A DNA stretch of 64,000 nt from Candidatus Omnitrophota bacterium (lineage in GTDB: Bacteria; Omnitrophota; Gorgyraeia; Gygaellales; Profunditerraquicolaceae), in the NCBI GenBank assembly GCA_043812955.1, contig JBDRLN010000018.1:13849-77848 (forward strand). The letters are read 5' to 3'. The notes beneath the pieces were generated by a model. The model had not been told where the DNA came from and ran no database searches. It was given only the letters and a program-made list of their open reading frames with translations. The position numbers and the translations under genes were made by a program. This document shows, piece by piece, positions 19,718 through 32,000 of the stretch. Each line of letters opens with the position of its first letter. The stretch's first letter is position 1.

Positions 19718-20731
19718 TTAATTTAGTTTTTGCAATAACTCTTTTCGGTTAGTTACCGCTGTACCCAATTTCCCCACAACTATTCCGGCGGCATAATTAG
19801 CGATATGCGCTGCCTCAACCTTTCCGGCCCCTGAACAAAGGCTTAAAGTAAAAGCGGCAATAACTGTATCTCCGGCTCCAGATACGTCAAACACCTCCTG
19901 AGATATTGTCGGTATATGAATAGTTTTTTTATTCTTTTCAAATAGTTTCATCCCCTGTTCGCCTAAAGTAACTAAAACCGCGTCAAGGTTTAAGTATTTC
20001 ATTATATGCTCAGCCGCCACATCTACATCCTTCATAGTCGACAGCCGGTAAGTGTCCAGCTTGAACCTATTGGTATTATCCTTGATCTTTAAATTTCTGG
20101 CCGCGTTCTCCAACTCTTTGCGATTAGGGGTAATACAGGTAACTCCCTTATAATACTGAAAATGTTCCTCCTTCGGATCGACATTAATAATCTTTTTATG
20201 CTTTTTAGCTAAGCTGATAACCGTTTCCAAGAGCTCCATATTGATTACGCCTTTGCCGTAATCCTCGATAATAATCGCGTCAAACTTACGGATGTTTTTT
20301 TTAATAAAACCGATGATTCCCTGGTTTAACGCCTTAGGCAATGGCTCAACATCTTCCCAGTCGAGCCTTACTACCTGCTGGTGGCCAGAAACAATCCTGG
20401 TCTTTAAAGTAGTGCATCTTTGCGCAGATACAAAAATACCTGCGGCGGAAATCTTTCTTTTCTTTAATTCTGAAAGCAATATTCCGGTATTCTTATCCTT
20501 ACCGATCACTCCGGCCAAACAGACAAATCCGCCCAGGGAACTAATATTATTAGCTACGTTAGCCGCGCCTCCGGGTAGAAATGTGCGTTTTTTAGCCCAG
20601 ACTACCGGTACCGGCGCCTCCGGCGATATCCTCTCCACATCTCCCCAGATAAATTCATCCAGGATCAAGTCGCCGATTACCAGTATATTCGCTTGGCTAA
20701 ATTTATTTACTATCTGCTTAAAATCCTGCAT
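19718..20731 (-). CDS. rfaE1: D-glycero-D-manno-heptose-7-phosphate kinase (RfaE domain I, PfkB family)
   Basis: GDLILD, RISPEAPVPV, GGAANVA, DYGKG, TPNRKE and DVSGAGDTV motifs. Confidence 0.94.
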   Translation of the reverse strand: MQDFKQIVNKFSQANILVIGDLILDEFIWGDVERISPEAPVPVVWAKKRTFLPGGAANVANNISSLGGFVCLAGVIGKDKNTGILLSELKKRKISAAGIFVSAQRCTTLKTRIVSGHQQVVRLDWEDVEPLPKALNQGIIGFIKKNIRKFDAIIIEDYGKGVINMELLETVISLAKKHKKIINVDPKEEHFQYYKGVTCITPNRKELENAARNLKIKDNTNRFKLDTYRLSTMKDVDVAAEHIMKYLNLDAVLVTLGEQGMKLFEKNKKTIHIPTISQEVFDVSGAGDTVIAAFTLSLCSGAGKVEAAHIANYAAGIVVGKLGTAVTNRKELLQKLN

Positions 20732-20805
20732 ATTCTTTTAGCCCCCAATAAGGTTATAGACAACCTTATTAATTTATCACAATTTCAAATTCAAATCAAC
20801 TCTAT

Positions 20806-22605
20806 TTAGTTTTCGGGTTTACGGAAATCCTGGTTGCAATAGAGTTTATGGTATAGCCCCTGCTTTTCCAGGAGTTCGGCGTGCGTTCCTTCCTCGACTA
20901 TCCTTCCTTCGCTTAAAACAAGTATCCGGTGGGCATGCCTAATAGTAGAAAGACGGTGAGCGATGATAAATACCGTACGTCCTTTGATCAGCTTATTTAT
21001 CGCCTCCTGCACTATACGTTCAGCCTCAGTATCTAACTGCGAGGTTGCCTCATCTAATATTAATATCGGAGGGTCTTTAAGAATCGCCCGGGCAATAGCA
21101 ATCCTCTGCCTTTCTCCTCCGGATAATTTCATCCCCCTGTCTCCGATAAATGTTTCATATCTTAAAGGCAGCCGTTTGATAAAATCATGGGCATGGGATT
21201 GCACTGCAGCTAATTCTATTTCTTCATAATTCGCGTCCGGCCGGCCATAAGTGATATTAGTCCTGATGGTATCATTAAACAGAATAGTCTCCTGAGTAAC
21301 AATCCCTATTTGCTGGCGCAGGGATTTCAGGCTGAAATTCTTCGTCTCCTGTCCATCAATTAAAATCCTCCCGCGTAAAGGATCATAAAAACGCGGGATC
21401 AGATCTACCAGGGTAGTCTTGCCGGAACCGCTAGGCCCCACTATAGCCACGACCTGGCCTTTTTTTACCTCCAGGTTAATGTTCTTTAAAATCTCCTGGT
21501 TTCCATGATTAAACCAGACATCTTCAAACAGGATACTGCCTTTAAAATCCTTCAATTCCTGGGTATTCTTCCTATCTAATACCGTCGGAATGGTATCTAA
21601 GACTTCGTAGATGCGGGCATTGGCTGCCATAGCCTGCTGGATTATGGAATTAACCTGGCTCAATTTTTTAAAAGGCCGAATCAAAGAGAGCAATGCTCCC
21701 ATAAACAAACCAAACATGCCGAAAGAAAGTTTTCCGGCAATTACCTCTTTACCCGCCCATAAAAAAACAAAAATACCGGCAAGGACGCCTAAAATCTCGG
21801 TAAACGGCCCTAATAACAGTGTACGCTTAATAGATTTCATTGAGAGTTTATAATAATACTGGTTGGTCTGGCTGAATTTGGCTACCTCGTAACTCTCCAT
21901 ATTAAATGCCTTGATGATTCTGGCGCCCAATATACTCTCATAAAGTATGGAATTAATATCAGCCATGGCCTCCTGGGTCTTACGGGATAACTTTCTTAAT
22001 ACCCTACCTACCTTAATAATAGGAAAACTGATTAAAGGAAGAAGCACCAGGGCAGTCAGGGCCAGCTTCCAATGGATAAAAAATATTAAACAGGTAAAAA
22101 GAACTACCTGCAGAGTCTGGTAAATCAAGTCCGTAGAACCATAAGAAACAGCATTTTCCACTAACTTTACGTCGTTGGTGATCCGGGAAATCAGCTCGCC
22201 TCCGCGCTTCTGGGTAAAATAATCCATGGATAAGGCGTGAAGCTTGGTATAAAGCTTGGCCCGGATATCCCTAACTACTAACTGGCCTATATCAGACATA
22301 AGATAACTCTGCAAAAAACCGAATATCCCCTTAAATACAAACAGGATTATTGTAGCCACGGCCATATAATTAAGCATGGCCAACGGCTGAATACCGTTAA
22401 TAAAACTGATGAAATTGGAAAGGAAGGCTGGTAATTTGGTCGGAATAATGATTTGCTTATTGGTCAGTACTTTATCCGCCATCGGTACTATCATACCCAA
22501 AGAAACGCCATCAAATATAGCAGAAAAAAACATGCATATGCCTGCTATAATGAAAAGCCCGGGATAGGGTTTGACAAATCGCAGCAATTTCAGGTAATCA
22601 CGCAT
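20806..22605 (-). CDS. msbA: Lipid A flippase-type ABC transporter (TMD plus NBD)
   Basis: TM domain, GPSGSGKTT, LSGGERQR, LDEATS and IAHRLST motifs, at the head of the LPS operon. Confidence 0.88.
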   Translation of the reverse strand: MRDYLKLLRFVKPYPGLFIIAGICMFFSAIFDGVSLGMIVPMADKVLTNKQIIIPTKLPAFLSNFISFINGIQPLAMLNYMAVATIILFVFKGIFGFLQSYLMSDIGQLVVRDIRAKLYTKLHALSMDYFTQKRGGELISRITNDVKLVENAVSYGSTDLIYQTLQVVLFTCLIFFIHWKLALTALVLLPLISFPIIKVGRVLRKLSRKTQEAMADINSILYESILGARIIKAFNMESYEVAKFSQTNQYYYKLSMKSIKRTLLLGPFTEILGVLAGIFVFLWAGKEVIAGKLSFGMFGLFMGALLSLIRPFKKLSQVNSIIQQAMAANARIYEVLDTIPTVLDRKNTQELKDFKGSILFEDVWFNHGNQEILKNINLEVKKGQVVAIVGPSGSGKTTLVDLIPRFYDPLRGRILIDGQETKNFSLKSLRQQIGIVTQETILFNDTIRTNITYGRPDANYEEIELAAVQSHAHDFIKRLPLRYETFIGDRGMKLSGGERQRIAIARAILKDPPILILDEATSQLDTEAERIVQEAINKLIKGRTVFIIAHRLSTIRHAHRILVLSEGRIVEEGTHAELLEKQGLYHKLYCNQDFRKPEN

Positions 22606-22697
22606 CAGTTTCTCCTAAGATATATTGCTTTTTTTAGAGAAATATATATTAACACAATAGTTTATTTTTGTCGAGTGTTCTATTTTTAACCCTTCGT

Positions 22698-22730
22698 CCA
22701 CCCCGTAGGTGTCTTACACCTACGGGGTGG
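22698..22730. repeat. REP-like hairpin (family D)
   Basis: Identical to 13092-13124. Confidence 0.9.
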
Positions 22731-22769
22731 AGCTGGTTCATAAATATTCTTTTAAATAGTACATATTTA

Positions 22770-22778
22770 TGCTATAAT
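22770..22778 (+). promoter_or_regulatory. Putative extended -10 promoter (TGcTATAAT)
   Basis: Consensus TGnTATAAT 9 nt before the ATG at 22788, with no Shine-Dalgarno between them. Suggests a near-leaderless transcript. Confidence 0.55.
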
Positions 22779-22787
22779 TTTATCCCT

Positions 22788-23888
22788 ATGGCCCAAAGCA
22801 AATTAAGAAACATTACTGAAGAGATGATCCGGGAGCGCTTAAATAAAGCCCTGGCTATCCATTATGATATCTGCAGCTGCATAACCTGCGAAACCGATAT
22901 GCTTGCCTATATCCTTTCCCGGGTCCCGGCCAATTACTCAACCACTGAAAAAGGCGCAATCCATACCCTGGCTGAAAAAAACAACCAAGAAGAAGAAAGT
23001 TTAATTAACCACCTGATCTTTTCCGCCATAGATATCGTAAGTAAGAAACCTACGCATGAATTAAAGGAAGACCATCAGGCACTACTTAAATTAATGCTCA
23101 AGAAGATATTCCATGAAAGAGGCGTAGATTTCCGCAATTACCACCAGGAGATCTTAAAAAGAAGGCTGGCACTGAGGATCCGCGCCAACGGCTTAAAATC
23201 ATATTCCGAATATATGAACTTCCTCTTCAGCAATCCCAAAGAATACGATAAGCTATTTGAAACATTATGCATAAATGTTTCCGAATTTTTCCGGGATAGC
23301 AGTATCTGGATAACCGTAAAAGCCCTTTTGGAAAACCTGGTCCGCTTAAAAAATAAAAACAACGAAAAGAGTATAAAAATCTGGTCAGCCGGATGCGCCT
23401 GCGGAGAAGAGCCTTATACCATTGCCATCATTTTAAAAGAGCTGTTAAATGACGATCTGAATAAATTCGACTTAGATATCTACGGCACGGACATTGATAA
23501 AGAAGCCCTGGAGGCCGCAGAGGAGACGGTATATCCAAAAGCAAGCGTTAAAAATTTAACCCCTCGGATCGCCGAAAAATACTTCCTGGCTATCGGCGGG
23601 AATTATAAATTAAGGAGTCAAATAAGGGATATGGTTAAATTATGCTATCTGGACCTGACTTCTTTTGATCTCATTGAAAATGTTGATGTGATATTTTGCC
23701 GGAATGTTTTTATTTATTTTAATCTTCGTCTTCAAAAAGAACTGGTCACTAAATTCCACAGGTCCCTGAAATCCGGCGGCTATATAGTTATGGGAAAGGT
23801 CGAAACTATTTTAAGAGATTCCGAAGAATTGTTTCAAGAGGTAGATGCCGGGGCTAATATTTTCCAAAAAAAAATAACCAGTAAATGA
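22788..23888 (+). CDS. ComFB-domain / CheR-type methyltransferase fusion
   Basis: N-terminal NITEE...ICSCITCETDMLAYILSRVPANY matches the ComFB pattern. Then GVDFRNY, INVSEFFRD, IWSAGCACGEEPYTIA, GTDID and IFCRNVFIYF of CheR. Start placed at MAQSK. Confidence 0.85.
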   Translation: MAQSKLRNITEEMIRERLNKALAIHYDICSCITCETDMLAYILSRVPANYSTTEKGAIHTLAEKNNQEEESLINHLIFSAIDIVSKKPTHELKEDHQALLKLMLKKIFHERGVDFRNYHQEILKRRLALRIRANGLKSYSEYMNFLFSNPKEYDKLFETLCINVSEFFRDSSIWITVKALLENLVRLKNKNNEKSIKIWSAGCACGEEPYTIAIILKELLNDDLNKFDLDIYGTDIDKEALEAAEETVYPKASVKNLTPRIAEKYFLAIGGNYKLRSQIRDMVKLCYLDLTSFDLIENVDVIFCRNVFIYFNLRLQKELVTKFHRSLKSGGYIVMGKVETILRDSEELFQEVDAGANIFQKKITSK

Positions 23889-23889
23889 T

Positions 23890-24165
23890 CTAAAGCGGGA
23901 TCGTGCTTACTTTATTGAATTTAACTCCAATTTCCCTTCCTTTAACCCAAACTATTTCTCCGCAGACATAAAAATGCCCTAATCCAGGCAGGATCTGAAA
24001 TTGGCCAAATATAGAACTACCCGGCTGCAATCCAGCATCTAAAACCACCTTCATCCCACCGGCGGAGATATTTAAAACTATACATTTTTCTACCTTACCG
24101 TCGCCTTTATGGTAAAACGCGCCGTCTTTTTTATCTACCCGGTTAAATTTACGCTTCTCTTTCAT
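23890..24165 (-). CDS. Single-domain PilZ protein
   Basis: EKRKFNR (RxxxR), NISAGG (D/NxSxxG), GEIVW and IGVKF motifs. Confidence 0.88.
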   Translation of the reverse strand: MKEKRKFNRVDKKDGAFYHKGDGKVEKCIVLNISAGGMKVVLDAGLQPGSSIFGQFQILPGLGHFYVCGEIVWVKGREIGVKFNKVSTIPL

Positions 24166-24176
24166 TTCCCCTTCCC

Positions 24177-24887
24177 TTAACCTTTGAAATTCCTGGCCAG
24201 GCTCATTAGATCCGCCCGCTCCAGGTTAATTCCGCAGCGAAAACCAGAGGCGCCGGATCCTTCTGACCAGACTACCTCACCCCGGGTATAAAGAGGCTCT
24301 AGTCTATCCGGAATATTCAGCCACATCTCTAACGAAGTATTGGGTAATAATTTTTCTTGAGTAACCAAACCCATCCCCTTGGAACTTATATCTACTGATT
24401 TAGCCAGGCCTTCCCGGTCAGCGCTGGACTCAAGAAACCTAAGAGGCAGCTCCATAGGAAAACGCGCGAATATTCTTTTATCCTCAAAATTCTGGCTCTG
24501 CAGCATAACCTCTTCTCCTGTTTTAAGGCCTTCCCACCAACGCTTGTTTACCTCTTGGGGTGCGGATTTAAAAACGTATTTAAAAAGCTTATCTTTATCG
24601 CTATCCTTGATCTTGATAAAATAAAACCCGTAGTAGTTCCTGCTGTCTATAACCCTATGCCAGACCACCCAGGTTTCTATATCCAGGGTAAAATCATCGG
24701 CCAGCAAAATATTTAAATTCAGAAATTGGTCCTTTTCAATAACCTTAGGCCCCAGAGACAGTTGCAATCCTTTGAAATTAACATCGATCAGACGGCCATC
24801 GACAAAATCACCCTCACCTGCCAATTTTATTTTTATTGGGCGGCTGATCAGCCATCTGGTAATCTTGCGCTGCTCTTTAGTATCCAA
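24177..24887 (-). CDS. Tandem PilZ-domain protein
   Basis: EQRKITR/DVNFKG/VVW in the first domain and DKRIFAR/DISSKG/GEVVW in the second. TTG start after AGGAG. Confidence 0.85.
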   Translation of the reverse strand: MDTKEQRKITRWLISRPIKIKLAGEGDFVDGRLIDVNFKGLQLSLGPKVIEKDQFLNLNILLADDFTLDIETWVVWHRVIDSRNYYGFYFIKIKDSDKDKLFKYVFKSAPQEVNKRWWEGLKTGEEVMLQSQNFEDKRIFARFPMELPLRFLESSADREGLAKSVDISSKGMGLVTQEKLLPNTSLEMWLNIPDRLEPLYTRGEVVWSEGSGASGFRCGINLERADLMSLARNFKG

Positions 24888-24957
24888 GGGCTTACTCCTA
24901 TTATATTAAAAATTTCTTATAATGCAACCAATTTATTGCTATAATTTAGCGCCATAG

Positions 24958-26090
24958 CTACGGCCTAATAGCAATAAATCTCATCCCTCCATAATAAAAA
25001 GTATTATACATATCATTAATCGCCTCGATTACCCCTATTTCTTTGAGGCTTTCTACATCAATCGGTTTAATATCAAGCCGGGGGTTAACACTTTTTAACT
25101 GTTCAAAATCAAACCTGCGGCCTTCATTTTTAACCAAAGCCAAAGCTATTGTTTTATATAAAATCCGGAAATTATTACTAATGGGTATCTTATTATAATT
25201 ATTTCTGCTAATTACCTTTGTTTTAAGCGATAATTCCTCCATAGCCAAATGATTAATTCCGTCGACATAACTCTTATCAACCATATCAGCCATCATAATA
25301 TCGTTTTCCGCCTCCTCAAATAACAGATTGAGTTGTGCCGCGTCTTCCTGGCTGAGGGCTTTACCTAAAATCCATCTTAATTCTACTTTAAACAATAATT
25401 CTTCAACCGATAACAAGGCCAGACTAGCTTTAAGATGAAACCCCCGGGCAAAATACCTGCTGGCATAAGAATCACTCTGCATTATCTCGGCAGTATATTC
25501 CGGAGTAAGCGCTAAGTTTATTTTTTCCTTAGCCTCGGAATATTTACCCTGTCGATTTAAGGCATCGGCTAAAATTATATGGCTTAAAACCAGCCAATCC
25601 TGTCTTTTATGATTCACCAACCATCTCTTAAACTTTAATAGTTCTTTTGCGTTATTTTCTATCTCCTGATTTAAATATACGCCTCCTACGTAGAACTTAT
25701 TTTTAGTCGACATTTTATCCAGATATTGGATTTTTTCAAAAATATACCTGGTCCGATTATCAGCGCCCTTAGACAAGCGGACTGCTTCATCAAAATCCGC
25801 TAGACACTCTTTAAGATTGCTTTTATCAAAATTAAGTATGGCCCGGATATAATAAGCTACCGGAGAAAAAAAATTCGGCGTATTGATAATCTCTTCGAGT
25901 TTATCAAAAGCCTCTTTAGTAAATCCTCTTTTTTTCTCGGCCAGTTTAAGATAAAAATCTTTCATTTTTATATCCTGCGGGTCATATTTAAATAGCTCGC
26001 CCAATAATCCTAATGCCAACGGATAATTCTTCGGTTCTCCTGATATAAGTTTTGAATTAATGATCCGGTATAATTTTTCCTTGTGCTTGT
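24958..26090 (-). other. Giant-ORF C-terminal module: TPR-like helical protein
   Basis: AYYIRAIL..ECLADFDEAVRL. Paralog of 47830-48980. Confidence 0.7.
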
Positions 26091-29000
26091 CAACAACCGG
26101 CGACGACGAGGGACACCCTTTCAGCCAATCGAGGGACACCCTTTCAGACAATCGGGATGATGTCCCCTGCTGTTTTACATCCAATACCATAGCCACCAAC
26201 GCTCCCATTCCTTGCCACGCTGGCAAACCTAATCGGGACACGCTGTCCGAGCCAAAGCGGACACTGTGTCCTAGAGCGGCCGGCGAGCTAGAACAAATAT
26301 TAGCTACTTCTGCAAGAAACCTTAATGTTTTTCTAAACATAATCTTGCCCACTCTATCCTTGCACCAAAGCGCCTTGCCAATATCCAAAGCCAAGGGATT
26401 ACAATCAAGCTTCCTTCTCTTTACATTAGAAAACCAGTCCTTCTGTAATTTGGCATAGTCAGACCCGGTAAATTCAATTTTCCCCATGAGCTTGACATTA
26501 ATAGTATTTAAGTCAAACTGTTCATCTTTGCTATTAAATACGTGGCCGTGGCGCCACATAGTTTCATCAAAGTATGTCCTGATAAACAAAATAACAGGCA
26601 AGTGTTTAAGGTCTTCTTCTGCGGCATCAAATTTATTTTTAATTTTCTTCATGCCTAATAGGAAAACCTCAAGTATCATCTCCTCTAAGAACTTCTTAAT
26701 ATTATTTTCTTCTATTCTGTTGCTTATAATATAAACATTGCCGTAAAATTGCTTAGAGTCGCTTTCCATTATTGAATTAAATAATGACTGCGGCATGCCG
26801 TGAATACCTATATCAGGCAATCTTTCAATTAATTTTTTTACCTGGATTTGATCTTGCCGTAGATTATTTTTAACAGCCGGCGAGCTTCCAACGCAAAGCG
26901 TATCGCCTGCCTGCCGATCAGGCAGTAATCCGTCACTTCTTCTGGCGGAAGACTGCGCCACCGGCAAGGCGGCCGGCGAGCTGGAGCGAAACGTACCCCG
27001 CGACGAGGTAGTTCCGTTTAATCCCGTATTATTTAAAGCCGCAAAGGGAAAGGTATATTCTTCTTCTATTTTCACCTCAAAATCCGCCAACCTCTCCTGC
27101 GCTTCTATAACGCATCCTATCCTGGAATTACTCTCATCCAGATCAACCATCTCTCCGACTAAAATTATCCTTTTCACTCCCAGTTCAAACTTTAATATCC
27201 ATCGTAACCTATCCCAATTTGTAGATAAGCCAACCGGGCAAGCCATCCCTTCCAATTCCACGGGCTCCAAATCATCTAAATAAGTATTAATTAAAATCCC
27301 GTATAAATTATATTTTCTAAATAATTTACCTGCCTCTGTCAATAAATCCATCTTTGGCTTTAACCTGATTGTACTTTTAATATAACGCTGGTCTCCTATC
27401 CCGGCGAATATGGGCCCAGGATAAGACCGGACACGATCGGATAACCTATGAATAAAACTCCGATAACCTCTAACGGCATTCCCTCTTATTGCTTTCCGCA
27501 GTATCAAGGGGACTCTCTTAAAATTCCTGCTGATATAATCATCTAACACATTTTCAAAAAATAACGGGTGGCTCCATAATATAATCTCGTGATTATTCCG
27601 CGAAATACTCCGCCGTAATTCCTCTGAGGCTAAAACTGTGGATATCGGGATAAGCCTTTGACCATTGCCTGCAGGCGGACTGGAAGGTTTAGGCCCTAAC
27701 CTATTGACGCTCCGATCAGCTACAAATTTGGAGGCAAACCCCAATAAAACCCTACCTAACCTAAGGAATTTAACCGGCGAGCTTCCTTTCGGCACTGGCG
27801 AGGCGGAGGTTTTTTGGACTAAGGGAACAGCTGTGCCTGCAGATTTACCCAGCTGATAAATATATCTAAAAGCCTCATCTGGATTGTCACAAGAACTTAA
27901 AAGCGCTAGATAGCCAAGGGCATCGGCATAATCATATACCCACGCATTGAACCTCTCAGTTAGAATTTGAGGAATTATATAATCGCCAGGCCCAAGCCCC
28001 TTAAATACTTCGTCCAGTTCGCTTAACGTATCTACTCCTCTTGATTTAAATCTCGGGTATTCATTAATAGTAATTATTTTTCTTAAAATGGCCTCTTTCT
28101 GCCGAAAATTAAGCTTAGGCTTAATATGTATTACATCCACCAAGTGCCAATAGGCAGCCCCTGCATAGCTAAATTTATACCCTTTAATTTTGTAAAAAAT
28201 CGTATTGGCATAAGCATGGGCTAACAAAGGATGGTCGGGCAATTCTAGAAGATGGGCCATTTCGTGCGCCATATACCAATAAAAAGCGGTTAATCCTTCG
28301 ACATTATCCTTAGGTATAATTATTCTGCCTTTAATTGTTACCCCCATAGAGGGAGACACAGGGAAGAGAAATTTGTTTATATGCCAGACTCCCGCAATAA
28401 TAACACTCAAACCTAAAATGAATTTACCAAAACCCCTTCTGGATAATATTTCTTGAGGGGTTGTTGCCTTTGCCCCAAAGTATAAAGCCAAACCCGATAC
28501 CCCTAAAAATCTTGCCTCTTGAAGTTTCTCTTGACCTTTTTCAGAAAATCTCGGGTGGTCGAGCGACCGAATAACTTCCTGACAAATTTCTTCTTCCGAG
28601 AATTCCTTAATCGGAAACCCGACAAACCTAGAAGCCTCTTTATATGCATCATATACATCTAATACTACTGGTTTTAGTTCTGGTTTAATTTCATCCCCTT
28701 TACTAAATAGAAAAACTCCGTCATAGAAAAGTTCTTTAAGTAGGTCTAGATAGGCGAATATCATCCCATATATTTTTAAACTTTTTAAGAACCCCCGCCT
28801 ACTTTGTATACCCTCTATAGAACCCTCTGCTGCAGAAGAAGATACAGAACAAATACCTTTATCGGATTTGCCTGATAACCTATTATTTGGCAATGGTTTA
28901 GATAGAGCGTCTCTAGAATCTCTTACTGCCGGCGAGACAAAGGCCGGGCTGGAAGATGTTTTATCCATTGATATGCCTAATATATTTTCTATAAAACTTT

Positions 29001-32000
29001 CCGGCCAGCTGAAATACAATTTAAAATCTATATTGTTGCCTTCTTTAGCTGTAAACATAAACTCAGGGACCCAAGAACCATCTTTCCTCAAATACCCTTT
29101 TGTCCTGGCGGGGTTAATTTCAAGCAGTGCAGAGTGGCCGCGAAATGACAGGGCAAAGCGCGCTAATTTAAATTCTCTCCCCAGCCGCGCTTCTAATTGA
29201 GTTATTGAAGGTAAATACCCGGAAGAAACAATCAGAATGGTTGCTTCTTGCGGGCTTATATTATTATTTTTTAATTTGGATTTCAGACTCCGGATAAAAT
29301 AATCCAGATCTGCGTCTTTGTTCTCCCTGTACTTTAGGTAAACCTGCGCCAAGGCAGCAATTTTTCTGTCTTTAGCAATAATGAGGTAGGCGTCTTTACT
29401 ATTTAAAACATTGGAGACAAAAGTTTTATTATCGTTGCCTATGCCGCGAAACTGGTTGCCGGAGCTAAAATTGTCTATAGAAGAGGTAAATAAAATTACT
29501 ATCGCTGCTGCTATTAAAGAAGGATATTGTAGACGCTTTACGTAATCTATTACTGGAGAAGATGTTGCAGAATAAATACTTCGAACTGAACCTGTTGGCC
29601 CGGCCTTATTCAACCCTCTTTTGGCGATATAATTTAAAAATAGTGAGCTGGACTTATTAGTTATTATTTGATAGTTCATAGTTAATAGAGAAGCATCTCC
29701 CATTAAACTACCAACTACTAACTGCGTACTATGAACTAAACTAGCCGGAGAACTGGTAGTTGGTACGGCCAGATAGACGAATTCAAAATCCGACTTTCTT
29801 TTGCCGCTAGAAGTAGTAAGCAGGGCTTTGGTGATTGATTCTAAACTAAGGCTGCTTCCATAAAGATGGTAACCAACCCCTATCTTAAATCTCTCTTCCA
29901 TGATGCCGAAATGTTCAAACAAAGCTGGACGCTGCGGCAAATAAACATAGTATTCATTTACTGAATGCCCTAATGCCTTTCTTAGCATGCTATAAATAAG
30001 AAAAGAGCCTAACCCTATTCCCCGGTAACACTCTTCCTCTACCTGAAAATAATACCTTTGCTCTGTTCCCATCTTCAGCTTACCTTTGCGGATATGAAAT
30101 AAATTATATCCTACCCACGCTTCATTAAAATCAGCTTGATCAACTTTGAGAATTAAATGATAAAATTGCTCGTCACTAAAAAATTTGACAAAATTCCGAT
30201 TTTCCCTTATTGCAAATATTCCCTTCTTATTCTTTACACCTCCGATGAGTTCGCCATCCATTGTCTTAAAGGGCAACTGTCTTAGTACCATCTCTAATAA
30301 ATTTTGGGCGTCTATATTTTTACCCGACGCCGGTGAGGCGGCGGTATATTTAGCGTTTAGCGAATAACGGTTAGCAGATAGATCAAATAGACTACTATAC
30401 ACTCTACGCTCCATGCTATCCGCTGCTTTTTCCACCGGTGAGGCGGCAACCTTTTGAATAATCCTAACTGGCACACACCCTGCGGTAAAGGAAGTCCCAT
30501 CAACAAAAGATTTATTAATCTCACTCGTGCACAAGGACAAGATGTAGTTTACTTTTTTATATTCCCGCTTCATTAATACATCCTTAAATCCTTGCTGCTT
30601 TAATAAAAAATTAACAATCCAAAAATCGTGTTTTGAGGCAATAATAATAAAACCGTTCTTATGCAATAATTCTTTAATAATTTTTTGAATCAAGTTCAAT
30701 ATGGCTTTATCCGCTCCGCCCTTGACATAAGGAACTATGTTCGCGTATAAACCCTTGCTCCAAACAGTCAATCCTTTTACAAATAATACATCTATGCCGC
30801 CCGCCTGTTTTATTTGAGGAAAATATGATTCCGTCTTAAAATTATTCGCGACTATCGTAGTTAGATTTTTTGTCTTCTCTTTAAAAAATACCGGTAAGTT
30901 CATTTTCTCGCTAGCCATATTTTCTAATGCCTGCGGGCTTTGAACTGTGATGCCTAAACCGAATCCATTAAACATCTCGGCATTAATCCCAAACGTCCTA
31001 GCGGCAAAATAGGAAACAAAATAATCATTGCCGATCGAATTATATAGGACATTGCCTCCTAAGACCCCCATTTTTTTCAGGAGATGTAATATTGTAATAT
31101 AGTGTATAAGGGCGTTATCTAATCTTAACTTGTCATACTTAATATAGTCTCTAGTCCTTAACCATGTTAACGTTTGCCGGTCTAAATGAATTTGGTCAAG
31201 TATCCTTTCTATGTCGTTTTCGAAGAATAAACGGTAGAAATATTCCTCATCTAAAGGCGAGCTGGACCCATTTCCACCCCGTAGGTGGAAATGGTTTGCG
31301 GCTGGCGAGCTTCCGACACAAAGCCTGGCGCTTGCCTGCCGGTCAGACAGGGATCCGCCACGTATTGTGGCGCGGGGCTGAAGCACTGGTTCCTCAAACC
31401 AATTCACTATCAATCTACGGGTTCCCGGGATCATCTCGCCACCATTGATGAGAGGGCTCGATGTCGAGGCGGAACGCTTATCCATTAACATTACCTCCGG
31501 GAAACCTTCACTCAGGAATTTTGCCAAAGTTTCAACTGCGAGCTCCGCATCTTCGCCTTCTGCAATAAGCTTTACCTGGGCTGCGCTTATCCATGAATCA
31601 ACGATAGCATCCGCAACCGCTGCCAGCGAATCCAGTATTTTTTTAAGATTTACGGTTTCATTTTTATGTTCTATATAGATACGGGATAAAAATTTATTAG
31701 CTAGCGCCACTAAATTGCTGATATCATGTTCGTGTACTTCTTCGCAATTATCAACTATACATATTTTTTCTATCCTTTTCAGAGTATTTTCTTCAGGTGA
31801 AGATTTTACCGGCGAGCTGGATATAACAAAACTGCTACTATTTACTTCTGCCATTTTCACTTTATCTAATTTATAATAAGTTGTATATACGGGATCAGGA
31901 ATATTAGAAACAATTCTAAAGGGATCTGATTTTTGAAAAATTAATGGGATGCCTAATCCGGCATTATAATTTACTATTTTCAAACCTTGATGTGGTATAA

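Noticed and set aside
22668-22787. N-terminal extension of the CheR fusion, and similar extensions for clpP (13737-13790) and GH57 (3167-3199)
   Set aside because: The extensions run through intergenic repeats or promoter-like sequence. Downstream ATGs fit the family N-termini and the SD or -10 positions better.
24899-24927. Sigma70 promoter (TTGCAT-16-TATAAT) for the PilZ genes on the minus strand
   Set aside because: The TATAAT directly abuts the AGGAG Shine-Dalgarno and the region is very AT-rich, so a chance match cannot be excluded.
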